Source: Auanema rhodensis (lineage: Eukaryota > Animalia > Nematoda). Taken from it: a stretch of 64,000 nt of DNA. Shown in pieces: positions 13,699 through 26,957 of the stretch. Both the position numbers and the translations under genes were made by a program. A model generated the notes under the pieces. The model saw only the letters and a program-made list of their open reading frames with translations, made no database searches and had not been told where the DNA came from. The stretch's first letter is position 1. Every line of letters starts with the position of its first letter. The stretch lies in assembly GCA_964057225.1 (NCBI GenBank), contig OZ059896.1:11346001-11410000 (forward strand), in the 5' to 3' direction.

Positions 13699-15590
13699 AA
13701 TGCCAAACATCTCAAAATGCTCATATTTCGCATATTGAGATAACATTTTCGCATTATGCTAAAAGTTGGATCTATCGATATATTCTCGAACTTTAAATAT
13801 TAAGCCTTGGTGGCAAAGACAAGTCATAATCATATTCTATATTAGAAGAAACTTCATATTCCGTTGTCTATGTGGTTTTACAATTTTTTTATTTCTTCAC
13901 TTACTTTTTTATTTTGAAATTTTAACTTTGATGAATGATATAATACAATATTTTAATATATTAGTATTTGATTTTACATAAGTTTCATTGAATTTTTATA
14001 ATTTTAAAACTAATTAAATTGAAAATTATTGATTATACATCAGTCATTCTCAGATCTGAACTTTTTTTACGATTCATAATCAATTAATTTTAATATTAAA
14101 TTCAATTGATAAGAAAAAACATTGACTGATTCTTTCTATTTTGTTATTCTAATAACATTTATTTTTCTTTTATATATATATTCATTTTTATGTTAAAAAT
14201 ATACATATAATTTATATGTTTATAACATTTTGTTGATGTTTTATGATACTCAACATTAGTTTTAAAGTTCAGATCATTTATACATTTCTCTTTCTAATCG
14301 CTTAACCATAATATCAAGAATATTAGAATTGAATTGGAAACATTCTTTTAAAATAACAATGACATGTCAAGTTTTTTTTATAAGTTGCATGATCTTACCT
14401 CTGTTTTTTCCGAAAGTATTTATGAACTTTGACAACTATTTACTTTACCTTGTCTATAGATCAGGTTTTAAATAATTCTTTTATATTTTTATAATAAAGT
14501 ATAAAGTTATTAACTAAGAAAATATAATATTTGACTATTTGCTGAAGTATATTAAATTGATTTTATTTGCAAATTCTAGTATGACTCTTGAAACCCTTTT
14601 TTCCTTATATTCTGTTTGAATTTTTTTCAAAATCAGTATATTCATATTAATTTCTCATTAAGTAGTAAGATAATTAAAATATATAATAGAAAAGTTGTCG
14701 CGATGAATGACGTAATACATTTATGAGTTTTATACTATATTTTATTTTGTAGAAATATTAACGGGACATATGTCTGCTATTGTTATACTTAATCCCGGCT
14801 TTCAACAATATGAAATCTTTTAGACATCCTCTTTAAAGCGTTTTTCTTACTTATTTGTGGTTAAATCCTCAAAATGCTGCTGTGGATTTACAATGTTTAA
14901 CCTAGTCCTGCTTCATCCGCTTGCTGAATCGTATTCTTATTTCAAACCACCTTCTCAGTTTTCATTTAACTATTCATTAATTGAATAATATTAATTATAT
15001 GTAATACCTTTTTTATTGTTTAGTTAGCTTTTTCTTGATCTTCATATTATATGTCATAACATTACGTTTCTTTTGATATCTCTTACTAGATCATATAAAT
15101 CTGCTTTGGTCTCTTATATTACTTTGAACTTTTTTGATTTTATTATAGAAAAGATATAAAATAGGAATGAAAAGATTAACAAATGATATGATCAAGCACT
15201 TCACTTACTATTTTTGGAAATTCTCTTTTCATTTCCTTTTTTTTACATCCATACTTGCTTATATATAAATATAATATACTATATTTTTGAATAAATAAAT
15301 AAATATAGATTTATACGTATATATATGCTTTATAACATCCATTCAACTTCATTTCGATATAATTTACTTTATGTAATTCTTGTATTTAATCAGAAAATAT
15401 TGCTAATACACTCGAAATTTGAAAATTTGTAATTGATTAACCTCCCCCCACCCCATACCCATTTGAGATAATTCAAATATTCCCTTTATTTTAACAACAT
15501 TCCTATTATTTTCAAAAAAAAAAAAAAAAAAATTTTTATAATATTTTAATTATTGGATATCAATGAGTTTTATAGTTTCTAAGTTTATCA

Positions 15591-15630
<40 letters not shown>

Positions 15631-15840
15631 TATAGTATATAACTACAATAGATTATTGTTATTCAAGTACACATTTATTTTACAAACGTATTATCTATTT
15701 ATATGAATATAAACATATATATATAACTAATTTATAATATTATATCTTAACCTTATATAATTATCAAATATTCAACATCTAGAACATCTATATTTGGTTA
15801 TTTGTTTTTGAAAAGTTCAGATATATGTACATACATACTA

Positions 15841-16215
15841 TACCTGTAATTGATTATCGTTTGCTCAAGAACTTCAAAATCGAAAATTATGTAGTTTATA
15901 GACTATTTTTCGATCATCAGGTTTTAAGCATAGTTTTCGAGGGTTCATGTATTTTAGCATAGTTCTCGAGCCACAATCGGTGTACATCTTCGAACATTTT
16001 TTTCATTGAATGACGCCTTTTTCATTATTTTAAGCTCGAATATCTTTAAAATACACGTCGTATTTGTTTTTCATAATTAATTTCTAATGATTACGGAATT
16101 TAAGCTTAAAATGTAAGCTCAAAAATCGGTATTCGACCTCATAAAAAACAATTAGATTATCAAATTTAGCTAAAATCGATAATCATGTCGATTTGTCGAT
16201 AATCATTTGCAGGTA
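15841..16215. mobile_element. MITE / non-autonomous DNA transposon candidate
   Basis: TIRs TACCTGTAATTGATTATCG (15841-15859) and CGATAATCATTTGCAGGTA (16197-16215), 17/19 match, TA on both flanks; internal duplicated AGCATAGTT(T/C)TCGAG; no ORF. Confidence 0.7.
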
Positions 16216-16595
16216 TATTATATATGTATATATCTTAATATTTTAGAAATATTATGATAACAAATATATTTTTTTCATCATAAAACATTTCTTATTTCTT
16301 ATTTTCTTTTCTTTTTTTTTAACGTATAACTACATACATATGTATATTCATATATGTACATATTCATGTATATGTATGTACATGGCAAGCAACAGCTTCG
16401 ATAAAAAAAAAACTTTTGTTGTCTTCATCTTCAATATGTATACGGCTTGTTTCATTTTTCCAACAAATTTCAAGCAAACTGTGCATTTCAAAAAATATTT
16501 TTTGATGAATTTTTATAAATCCGGTAATCTACATAAATTAGATGGTAAACCTTTTATTCATGTGTTAGCTTCATCTTCAATTTTATTCTAAAATA

Positions 16596-16632
<37 letters not shown>

Positions 16633-17450
16633 TTTTTCTTATTTTTTAGTTATCAATCTTCATTTTTTTAATTTATACATATATATTTAAATCTTTTCTT
16701 TTTAATTACTAGATGAATATGGTGAAAACTTAAATTATTGATTGATAATTAGATGAAATAAGCATAATAATGAAACTAAATTCATTAATATTTAAAGAGC
16801 AGATAATGTTATGTAAGAAGCATGGCTTGAAAGAATATGTTTGTATACTAAATTACTTTTTCCTTGATTTATTTTTAAATTAAATTTTTTATTTCTATAT
16901 AATCATTCCTTTACTGCTTTTCGTGGAAAATCTAATGACACTCATAGGAGCGATTGCTTACATCTTTCTATTATATAATTATTTGAGAACAACAATACTT
17001 TAAAAGGAAATTTGTTCAAGAATCCCCCGAAGAAAAAGAGGGTGTGAACACAGTTGTCTGGCCATAAGGACCACCAAACCGACTAGTAACCAAAGAACAT
17101 TGTGCTTAAGAAATTTAGAATTGATATTTTCATCATTTTCCTAGCATATTCATATGTACACAGTTTCTTTTCAAATGTCATAAGCTACTAATATTTATAT
17201 TTTAACATCAATTTATTATAATTATTGATATAAATCATATATATATATATATATATAGAATAGAAATATTTTCCAATAATTTATTTTATTAGATTAGGAA
17301 AAAAGAATTAAAAGAATATTTTTTATTTAACTTTAATATAAAGATGAGAGCACACCGGATATAGAAACATCTCGGAATCTCTGTAATTCAATAACATTCA
17401 CCAACTACTAGCATACATAAAGAATAAGAGTGCAATTTATTGGAATTCTA

Positions 17451-17479
17451 ATGAAATTTAGGTAGGTTATTCAATCTAC

Positions 17480-17556
<77 letters not shown>

Positions 17557-20500
17557 TATTACCTTTTTATTATACATTACTTCGATTATTATCTTTTACT
17601 CAAGAAATATTTTGAATGTGACGTTTTGCTGTAATTTGTTTTTCATTTTGAAGATTTGTCATTCTGATTTTCACTTGCTTTCACTGATTAATATGTGAGA
17701 TAACTTTAATACATATAGGAATATAGTAAATGAGCAGATGAAATAATATTTATTTTTGTAATAGAATTTAAAGAGAAAAGTTTTCTATGAAAATTTAAAA
17801 ATATTTTTGATATTGTTAAAATGGTTATTATATTCATAAAATTTGATTGATTATTATATATTACTATTATTGATTAACTTATTTTTATATATTATATTCA
17901 TAAATTAGAGAACAAAAAAAGAAAGATTTTTATCATTCCTTTTACGTAATAGAAACATAAGATCATTATATTTGCTAAATCTGATATTTCATCCCATATA
18001 GATATATTTATAAAAAAATATATTGATGAATATGAAACGTATCGCTTTTTTATTTATTTCCATTCTCTTAATATTCGGATTCATCTGTCTTGTTTCAGCA
18101 AACTGTCGGTGACGGAAGACGTAAGTCGTGCTACTGCGCGACATCGAAGTCGTTCCTCACTAAAGGTATACGATTCATTCCATTTTATTTTAATTCATTT
18201 TGTGATAATGAAAATTCGAAGCATGGAACGAAAATGTTTTAATTTTCCACATTAATAATTATAATTCAAAGTTCTGAGAACTATTCCTGAACATTATGGG
18301 AAATAATTTATTATGGTTGTTGTTTAGCAGGAATGTTAGACTTACCTCAGTGCACATAGCTGTTCTTGGAATAGTGTTCTCAAATAATTATTTCTTATAT
18401 AATATGAAATACAATTGAATGTATCAAATATTTCAGAAATCTGCAGCTGTATCAGACGATGATCCATCATTGGAGCATCGAAGGGCATCATCGTTTGACG
18501 TTTCTCAAATTCAAAGTAGTTCAATAAAATTTAATACAGGTAATTCTTAATTGGAAAAATAAAATATGTCCTATAAAACTTTTTTTTGTGTTTCATTTCA
18601 ATTTATTTCAATATGATAAGATTATAAAGTTTATATTATTTTAGCTATATATTAACTTTGACAAATAGATTTTTATATAATAATTTCTCTAACATTTGGA
18701 TAAAATAGAATAATATATGATAAGATTTGTGAAGGAATTATAGAGATAATCTGATGAAGCATAATCACAATTTAATTCAAAATGTTGGTACATCTACATA
18801 TGTACATGCATGTATCTTAAAACTTAAAAAAAAGAAAGAAAGAAAAATTAAAAATTAAAAGTTATTGAATATTTATTTGAAATGAATGATCTTTTGATTT
18901 TTACTTAAATACATTTATATATTTAATTAGTAAATTATTATTTTATAATTCATATTAACTCAATTGCTTATTAACTAAAAATAACAATAATTATTATTTT
19001 TTGTATCTTATACAACGCTTTCTTAGTTATTTGTTCTCTTTCTACCTGTTTGCTTTTTACTAAATTACTAAAACTATTCATCTGCTCAATCCATTACCAT
19101 CGCATTTATGTACTTTAGCTAACTTTCGGCCTGGTTCTGCTTTTGACGTTGCTTCAAATCGGGTCTCAGCTTTTTCACCAGTGGATGTTCCTCGACTGCT
19201 TATCCATTCGCCTGCTTCTCCTTTAAATCAAACGACTGAACGTAACCGTACGCCAGATAACAATCTACTAACCGTGCCAAGTCCGGATTTTCCTCGTAAA
19301 TCGCCTGTCGACCGTTCATACGGATGTGAGCTTTCATCTTCTTCTTTGGACTCCTATTTTGGTAATCTATTTTTTTGCGTGAAAATGAGTACATATAGTA
19401 AAAAGAGTTTGAGAATTGCTTTTACTGAAAGGTTCAAAAGAAATAATATTGAAGTAATCAACTTTTTTTTTGAAATAATGCTTTACTAACACAAACAAAA
19501 ATTATAAATAAATTTTTCAAATATAATAGAAATCATTCAAATTCATTATTTGTACAACTATTTTAGCTGAATCACCCAAATCTGGAAATGAATATCTGCA
19601 GATAGGCTTAAACAATGCTTTAATTAATCATTTGGCTGCTACTATTAATATGTCAATGGATACATCAGAAAAACCAACTTTGATGAATTTTAACCAGGTA
19701 ACCACGCAATAATTATTTTTGTTCTCAATTATTCTATTTTGAAGAATCAAATTTCTAATAAAATGGAATGTTCTAACTCATTGGAATCATTACCGACCAC
19801 ATCACTAGATTTACCAGCACCACCAACGTCGCATGATGTAAGTTCATATTAAGAAAATGTTATACAACTTTTTCTTTCATCATCTATAAGCATTTCAGAT
19901 GCCCGCGAAAGCGATAATACAGGATGATATCAGAACTGGCCAAGGACGGTTCCAACTTGTTCGAAAACGTGGTCGTTCCGAAGTCTGGAATCTTTTTGGC
20001 CAAGTAATATTATTTTTTTATTACAATTATTAATAATAATAATAAATCATTTAGGTATTTGATACATCAAATAATGTCCGTTTACCATATGTTGCATGCT
20101 ACGCTTGTAAGGTATGTTATAACTAAAATAAAAATAAAACATATAATGACAAAAAAAGCTGAAATATGATTAATGAGGATAAATAAAAAAATAAGTAACA
20201 TCCTTGAAAACGTATATTACGAACTAACATCATTTCCGGCGTGAGTTGTCAAGTGAAACGAGACTATCCTTTTACGACAATCTACGAAAGCAATGACAAT
20301 CGTCTTTCGTTTGACATCAAATTAGAATCAGATCAACACTGTTGCTATCTTTCAACTTTTCTTTCCTAACCGAACCCGTAACAGAAGTTCGACTTGAAGT
20401 GAAGATAGTGGAGAAATTGGCCGAATTCAGCTCAATTTTCGTTAAGCAGCATTCTGACTTGAATCAATCCATCTCTTTCTAACCCTTTTTTCTACTTTAT

Positions 20501-22912
20501 TCAATCTTTTCAGGTTCTTTATACTGATACCGGTGGAGGTACTGGAAATATGACTCGACATAGATGTCCAATTGGAGTTAGCTATCGTTCAAGTGCTCAC
20601 GGGTAAGACAATTGTTTCTGTGAGAATTTTTAAACTCATAGTAGTTCTACTATTTTAACTAATTTTCGTAATTTTTTATTTTCTAATCTTTATAAGCATA
20701 TCTAATTTTTCATTTATATTCAGGTCATCTACTGAAACGAACGAACCTTTACAACAATCATCTTTTGATTCAAATATTTCAACTAATAATCGCCCAATGG
20801 AGCATCATAAACCAGCATTATCATTGACCATTAATGTTTTATTCATATTGTATATTTTTCTATTTTATATATTTATAGTCAGAAGATAGTTCTGGAGGTA
20901 CACAACTAGTCTCGCAGAACTCTGGAGAAGTTTTGATAGGGGAAATTGATCGCGAAACTATAACTGATGCTATTGTCCGATGTTGTGCTCAAGATCTACT
21001 CGATCCAGCAATATTTCACGTAAAATATTAAAATTAATTTATACAAAATAAATTTATTTCAATGTTTAGGGTCGTGGATTTAAAACGTTATTTGAAAGAA
21101 TCTGGTATTTAGCTAAACGGCCAGGTGTATTGTCCAGTGAAGTATATCCGGATGCAGAGATGATCAGCAGTGTAATATTGAAATTTGATTAACAATTTAT
21201 ATTTGTTTATTTATTATAGAGTTTACAATCAACTCTTCGATTTTGTACCGATGATTTAAAAAATGAGCTTTCTAGAACATCTCAAGGTGTTTGCTTAACC
21301 TTAGAATCTTTATCGTATGGTGGACGGGTAATTTAATAATTTTTATTATAATTTCTATTAAAATTTTAAATTCTTAGGTATTCAAAGTAGTTCACGGGTC
21401 AAGAATAAGTCATGATTGGAAATGGCGTAGCAATGTACTAGGGTTAGTAATTCTCTTTAATATCTTTAAATAATATTATATTTAACTTAATATTAATAAT
21501 ATTTATGTTATTTAGAGTATTCAAAGCAAGAGAAAATCAATCACTTGGTGAAATAATTAATCTCGTAATTCATAATTACGAATTAGATCGAAATTTACTT
21601 CGAGTTACTTGCTCAAGAAACAGCGAAGAATTTACCCCACTTAAGACTTTTTTGGATGTTAAAGAGAAAATTCGAGAGGTAAATATCTCAAAATATTCAA
21701 CAATAAATAATATTTCTTCTAAGATTTTACTAGCTATACTGACTACATGTTCTATTCCAATTCTGCCAATGATAAAAACATTAGATACTATTTTACGCAG
21801 TTTAATGGAAGCTGAGGTTTATTATATAATTTTAGAAAATATTTAATAAATTACATGATTTTACAGATTCGTTTACCTTTTGAACATAAACCATGTGAGG
21901 AAGATATATTCAACTTACATCGTATGTTAAGTGATTGGAACGACCATTTATCAAATTTAGAAGAAATTATTCGATCAAAAGCGCCTGGTATGTTGTTATT
22001 TTCATTTCTTTATAAACTTTTCATTGTTTTCAGGACTTTTGCCAGCTTTTAGCAAGATAGAAGCTCAATATCTTCGGGATATAGAAGTATTTTTGGACCC
22101 TTTTCGAGAAACAATAGAATCATTAACTGACGAGAAGCCCAACTTTCATAAAGTTTTGCCAGAATGGTATGCGTTAATGCATGAAAGTCAGTCAACTGAT
22201 GAAGATTTTACTCCTCTTCTTAAAGAACTAAAACAGGTTTGTCGTTTTTTTCTTGAATATTATGCTTGTATAACAAATCTTTGCAGAAAGCATTCGAATT
22301 GCTAGGCAGAGAAAAAGAGAATGTCATTACTGTAGAGCATCGAATTGCGGCAATTTTGAATCCTCGGTTAAACCGTCGTCAAAACCCCTTGTGTACTGAA
22401 ACAGAGAGGTATCTATCAATAATAGTAATAATCTAGAATATTAAGTATATTTAGGCAGCAAACATGTGACCGTATTCGTGCCCTATGTGGCATTCGATCA
22501 CCTAAAGAACCTTTAAGTCGTGGTTCTTCTACTGACGGAGAACCATATCGTAAACGAAGAATGTTTCTCAATGCTCTCGAAGATGATCCTGTTGCTGACG
22601 ATGAACTAGAGTGCTACCTACGTTCTCAATTTCCAACCCATCAAACAAAGTTTGTTTCAAATCAAACATTTTTTAATTTTTTATTAAAATAATTATTTAT
22701 TTAGAGATCTAGTATATTTCTGGAGCAATGTTGGACAGAACCAATTTCCATCTCTATCATCACTAGCTCGTCGAATATTATCTGTACCAGCTACAGCTCC
22801 TCGAACTGAATATGATTCTCGGTTAGCTAGTGTATCTCCTGATCAACTTCATACCTTCCTCATGTTGAAATCGTTGTTTGAAACTGACCGGGAAGAGCGA
22901 TCTCTTTTCTGA
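17451..22912 (+). CDS. BED zinc-finger protein derived from a hAT transposase (bed-3-like), ~20 exons
   Basis: BED finger KRGRSEVWNLFGQ|VFDTSNNVRLPYVACYACK|VLYTDTGGGTGNMTRHRC; hAT core IVRCCAQDLLDPAIFH|GRGFKTLF, FLDPFRETIESLTDEKPNF, IAAILNPR; hAT dimerisation domain DELECYL...FWSNVGQNQFPSLSSLARRILSVPAT. The 5' exons (17451-17461, 18099-18165, 18437-18539) are phase-consistent but less certain. Confidence 0.9.
17485..17553. repeat. (TA)n microsatellite in the first intron of the BED gene
   Basis: Direct inspection. Confidence 0.95.
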
Positions 22913-23711
22913 AGTAATTTGAAACTTGTTTGAAAACTTACCGAAATAGTGATATATCTTATTCGCTTTTGCCAGCATTTTAAAAATAGTCAGCGCTATT
23001 TGAAGTTTCTCGCTTTCAATAGATATCGATATCCACTGATTTTAAACAAAAAACTACTAGAAATCGGTGTGATTAATTCCGAATTTATTAGTGAAATAAT
23101 TATTTTTCGGGTATTTGTTCATTTCATATTGAATCTGAATCAAAATAATGTATGAATGACAATAATAATTTCTTTTTCAAAGTTCTATGTATTTGCTTGT
23201 TTTCTGTTTTATTTTTGCTCTTTTTTTCTTCCTTCGATTCCTTCTCTCTCTCTCCCTCTCTCTCATTCTCTCTCTTTCCCTCCCTCTCTCTCTCTTTATA
23301 TATATATAATATATCTCACTATCATCTCTTTCATGTATACACGTATATAAATTCCGTGTCTCGACGCCATTGAACGGAAGAAAAAATTCAAAGAAATTCA
23401 GATTAACTTGAATTAGATTCACGCATTTGTATAAAAAATGTTATATTGGTGATGATTCACATATCAAAAAAATATCCTCTGTTTATCAGGTTGCTTGATG
23501 ATATCAATAATATAAAAGACAGAGTTATTTATCCCATATTCTACTCATAGTTGTCTATTTCTTTCAAATAAAAGATTTTTATTTTTTTGTTATTTTTATT
23601 AATTTTTAATGAAAAACAATATAGTTATTGATAATATTTAATATATAATGTTTTAGAAGTTGTAAGCTTTTCTTATACTTTCCATTTCTTGAGCATGTTT
23701 TGAATGACAAT

Positions 23712-26537
23712 TTAGTGTTTTTGAGGTGTGGGGTTAAGTTCATTCTTTATAACTTCATGTACCTAAAATAATTAAGATAAAGAAATAAATAAATAATATA
23801 TTACGTCATCATCTTCTTCAATATCACTTATATTACCGATTGGTTCCAATGATTTGAAATTTGACATATCTTCTTCGTCTACTTTACCCAGAATATGTGT
23901 TGAATTAAATTCGACTATAATCAACAATAATTTTATCAGATTCAAGTATTGTAAACAAACCAGGAGAATTCATTCGAGGTGATAAACCTTTTTGATTCAT
24001 AGGATTCGGCCGATCACTATTCAATGTAAAGTTGGGCGGTAAACTCACTCCTAATTCAACAATCGGAGTAATTTTAGGTTGTGTCCTGGAAAAGAACATT
24101 GTTAACATTCAACAATTTTGTGATTTTAAAAGTGCAGACGTGAAATTCAAAGTCAATAGTAGTTGAAATGATTAGTATAATTAAATATATAAATATATAA
24201 ATATACATAAATATATATTAATTAGTGGAATTAAATTTGATTATAAACAAAGAAAAAAAATTCCCATACAAAGGAGGACAGTTAATGTAGCATGCAAAAT
24301 GTGTGAGATGTTATCGGAAAGCTAGAAATTGTTTTTCTTCTTCTTCTAATTCTTCTTATTCTTCTTGAGTGTGTGAATACCCCAAATATGGAAATTGAAG
24401 GACATATATATTACTTTTATAAGAAAACCGTTTGTTACACTGATCCTTTCATTAAGTTTGCAAGCGTTATACTTCGGCTTTATGCATTATTAAATGGCTA
24501 AGCATGCAAAAAAGTACTATGTGCGGCAAAAAAAGAGAAGAAAACCCCAGAAACCCCCGTTTTCCAAATTTGAATCGTCCACTGAAGAAAGGTTGACTTG
24601 ACCTTCGACGTATACGACCTATAGTGCTTCTTCGTGAAATGTTGAACTCATCATCTAGAAATATAGTTAGGTATATGTTTGTAATAATAGTATGAGGTTA
24701 CTAGCAAAAAGATCTGGAACTGATATTTTAGGATCAACGGATACCATTTTCACTTCTTCTGTTGGCTCAGCTAATCTGAAATAATGGCAAATCTTTACTG
24801 TATTTATATAATAAAAGAATATATAATAAACTAAAATAAAAACATTCTGATAACATACGTCACAAGTTGAGCTGATCCCACTAATACCGAATCATTTCCA
24901 GTTCTTGTTGATTCTTCCGAATATACAGGGACAAATGCTTTATCCATAAATTTGTCAGGTAGTAAATGAGGGTGATGTCCACTTGTTGTATCAACTATAG
25001 CTAATCCAGTCTAAAAATAAATTAAACATTGAAATTAATAGTAATGAAAAACGTTATTACCGCCATATTTTTATCTATTAAGAAATTACATTCAAAGTCA
25101 TCATCATCTTCCCCGAGAGGATTTAATAAAGCTTCTGCTACCTGAATGTTCATATCAACATATCAATTTGGAAAAAAAGTTTAAATACCTTCATCCATCC
25201 TACAAAAAATATAAATTGTAATGAAGTCATAAAAGGAAAATAGAGATCGATCTAACAAAAAAAAAAATTTTCATAATTTGTATTCAATATAAGATTTTTC
25301 TTACCACACTTAATATATCATCACCAGGAAGTTCTGCTGTAATGATATATTGTCTAGCAATACAACAAATTAGAAAATGAACACGAACAGCCAAAAAGAC
25401 TACCTAAATATCTAATTTTTGTCTATTTAGAAGATAATAGAATTATATTGTTAACCTGAGGATATGCAATGGGAATAGGAACCCAATCATAGTTACAAAG
25501 TACGGCCAAATTTGTTCTGAATGCTCTGATTTCCTGTAATATCATATAAGAAATATTGATAATTTGAAAATAAAAACTGAATGTACATTGATAATGTTGT
25601 TAAGAGATGGAGCTGCAACTATTTTTCCGTCTTTATGTGCTGCATAACATATAGTCATAGCCCAATTCAATGGAGCCCAGTATATATTATAGCTTAAATC
25701 TATATTTTCTAATGTCTTGAGTTCATGCTCATGAAGAAAACCTTAGAATAAAGAAATAATAATAATTTGCATTCGCATGTATACAAACCGGATTTAGTTA
25801 AAGATTCCAAATTAGGGAATCGTCTTCTGACTCTCATTGATATATCCCGGAATGTTAGAACCTAAATAAAGTTGCAAAACTTAACAGAAAGAAGGGATGA
25901 AAATGTGAAATAATAAAACATTTTTGTTGATCGTTAAGATAGATTAATATAATTTTTTAGAGAAATTCTTATACTTTTAAAAATTTATATAATATTGTTT
26001 TTTTTCCTACAAATTACCTGGCTTAATACACAGTATCTAATAACTGCACGTCTTTTTAATATATCATTAGGAGAATCTCCTTCAAAAAATGCCGCAACTG
26101 TTAATGCTACACTGAAACATTTGAAATTTTTATAAATTTCTTAGATTATACGTACTTTTCAATCCATCCCATATTATTAAAAACTTGTCTCCATCGTTCC
26201 ACAACGATCGTTACAAAAAAACCTAACATGAATGTAAGAGGTATATAGTCTAATTTATTATCACAATATTTTGAAATTTTTCCAAATGTTCTGAAAAAGT
26301 ACAACGCTGTTTCAGAATTTTATAGAAATAGATGAAGAATTAAAGAACTTCAACTTACACCTTCTGATCTTCATTCATGCCAAATCGATAAATTACAAAT
26401 ATTGAATAATACATTAGAAGCCATAAGCAAAATTCATAATAAACAGATTTCCATATTGAGCCTCTCCATCTGAATAATAGTCGCATAAAGGAAAAGGCTG
26501 ACACGGATGAAACATCCAGATTGTATGAAACAGTCAT
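23712..26537 (-). CDS. Bestrophin (RFP-TM) chloride channel
   Basis: [11 protein letters not shown]...[56 protein letters not shown]|[25 protein letters not shown]. Confidence 0.97.
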
Positions 26538-26887
26538 TTCTTAGTCATACGCTAGGTGGACACTGAAATCAAAAATAAATAAAATCATATTGAATCGTAA
26601 AGTTATAATTAGAAGATTAAGGTAACTAAAAAGAATTTATAAATCAAAAGGGAGGGTAAATGCTGAATATCATCTCAAAAAAAAGGAGAAAGTATGGAGG
26701 CAAACACACACAACGGAAGGTTGTTTTATATATTTTGTTAAAATAAAAAGAATATTGCAACAATTACAAAATGTTTTTTAATGAAATAGATTATAAATAT
26801 AGATATAAGAAATGATGATGATATGATGAGTATACGATTCTTAAATAAGAAAAATACATTATATATTATATATTATATATAATATAT

Positions 26888-26892
<5 letters not shown>

Positions 26893-26955
<63 letters not shown>
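26893..26955. repeat. (TA)n microsatellite
   Basis: Direct inspection. Confidence 0.95.
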
Positions 26956-26957
<2 letters not shown>

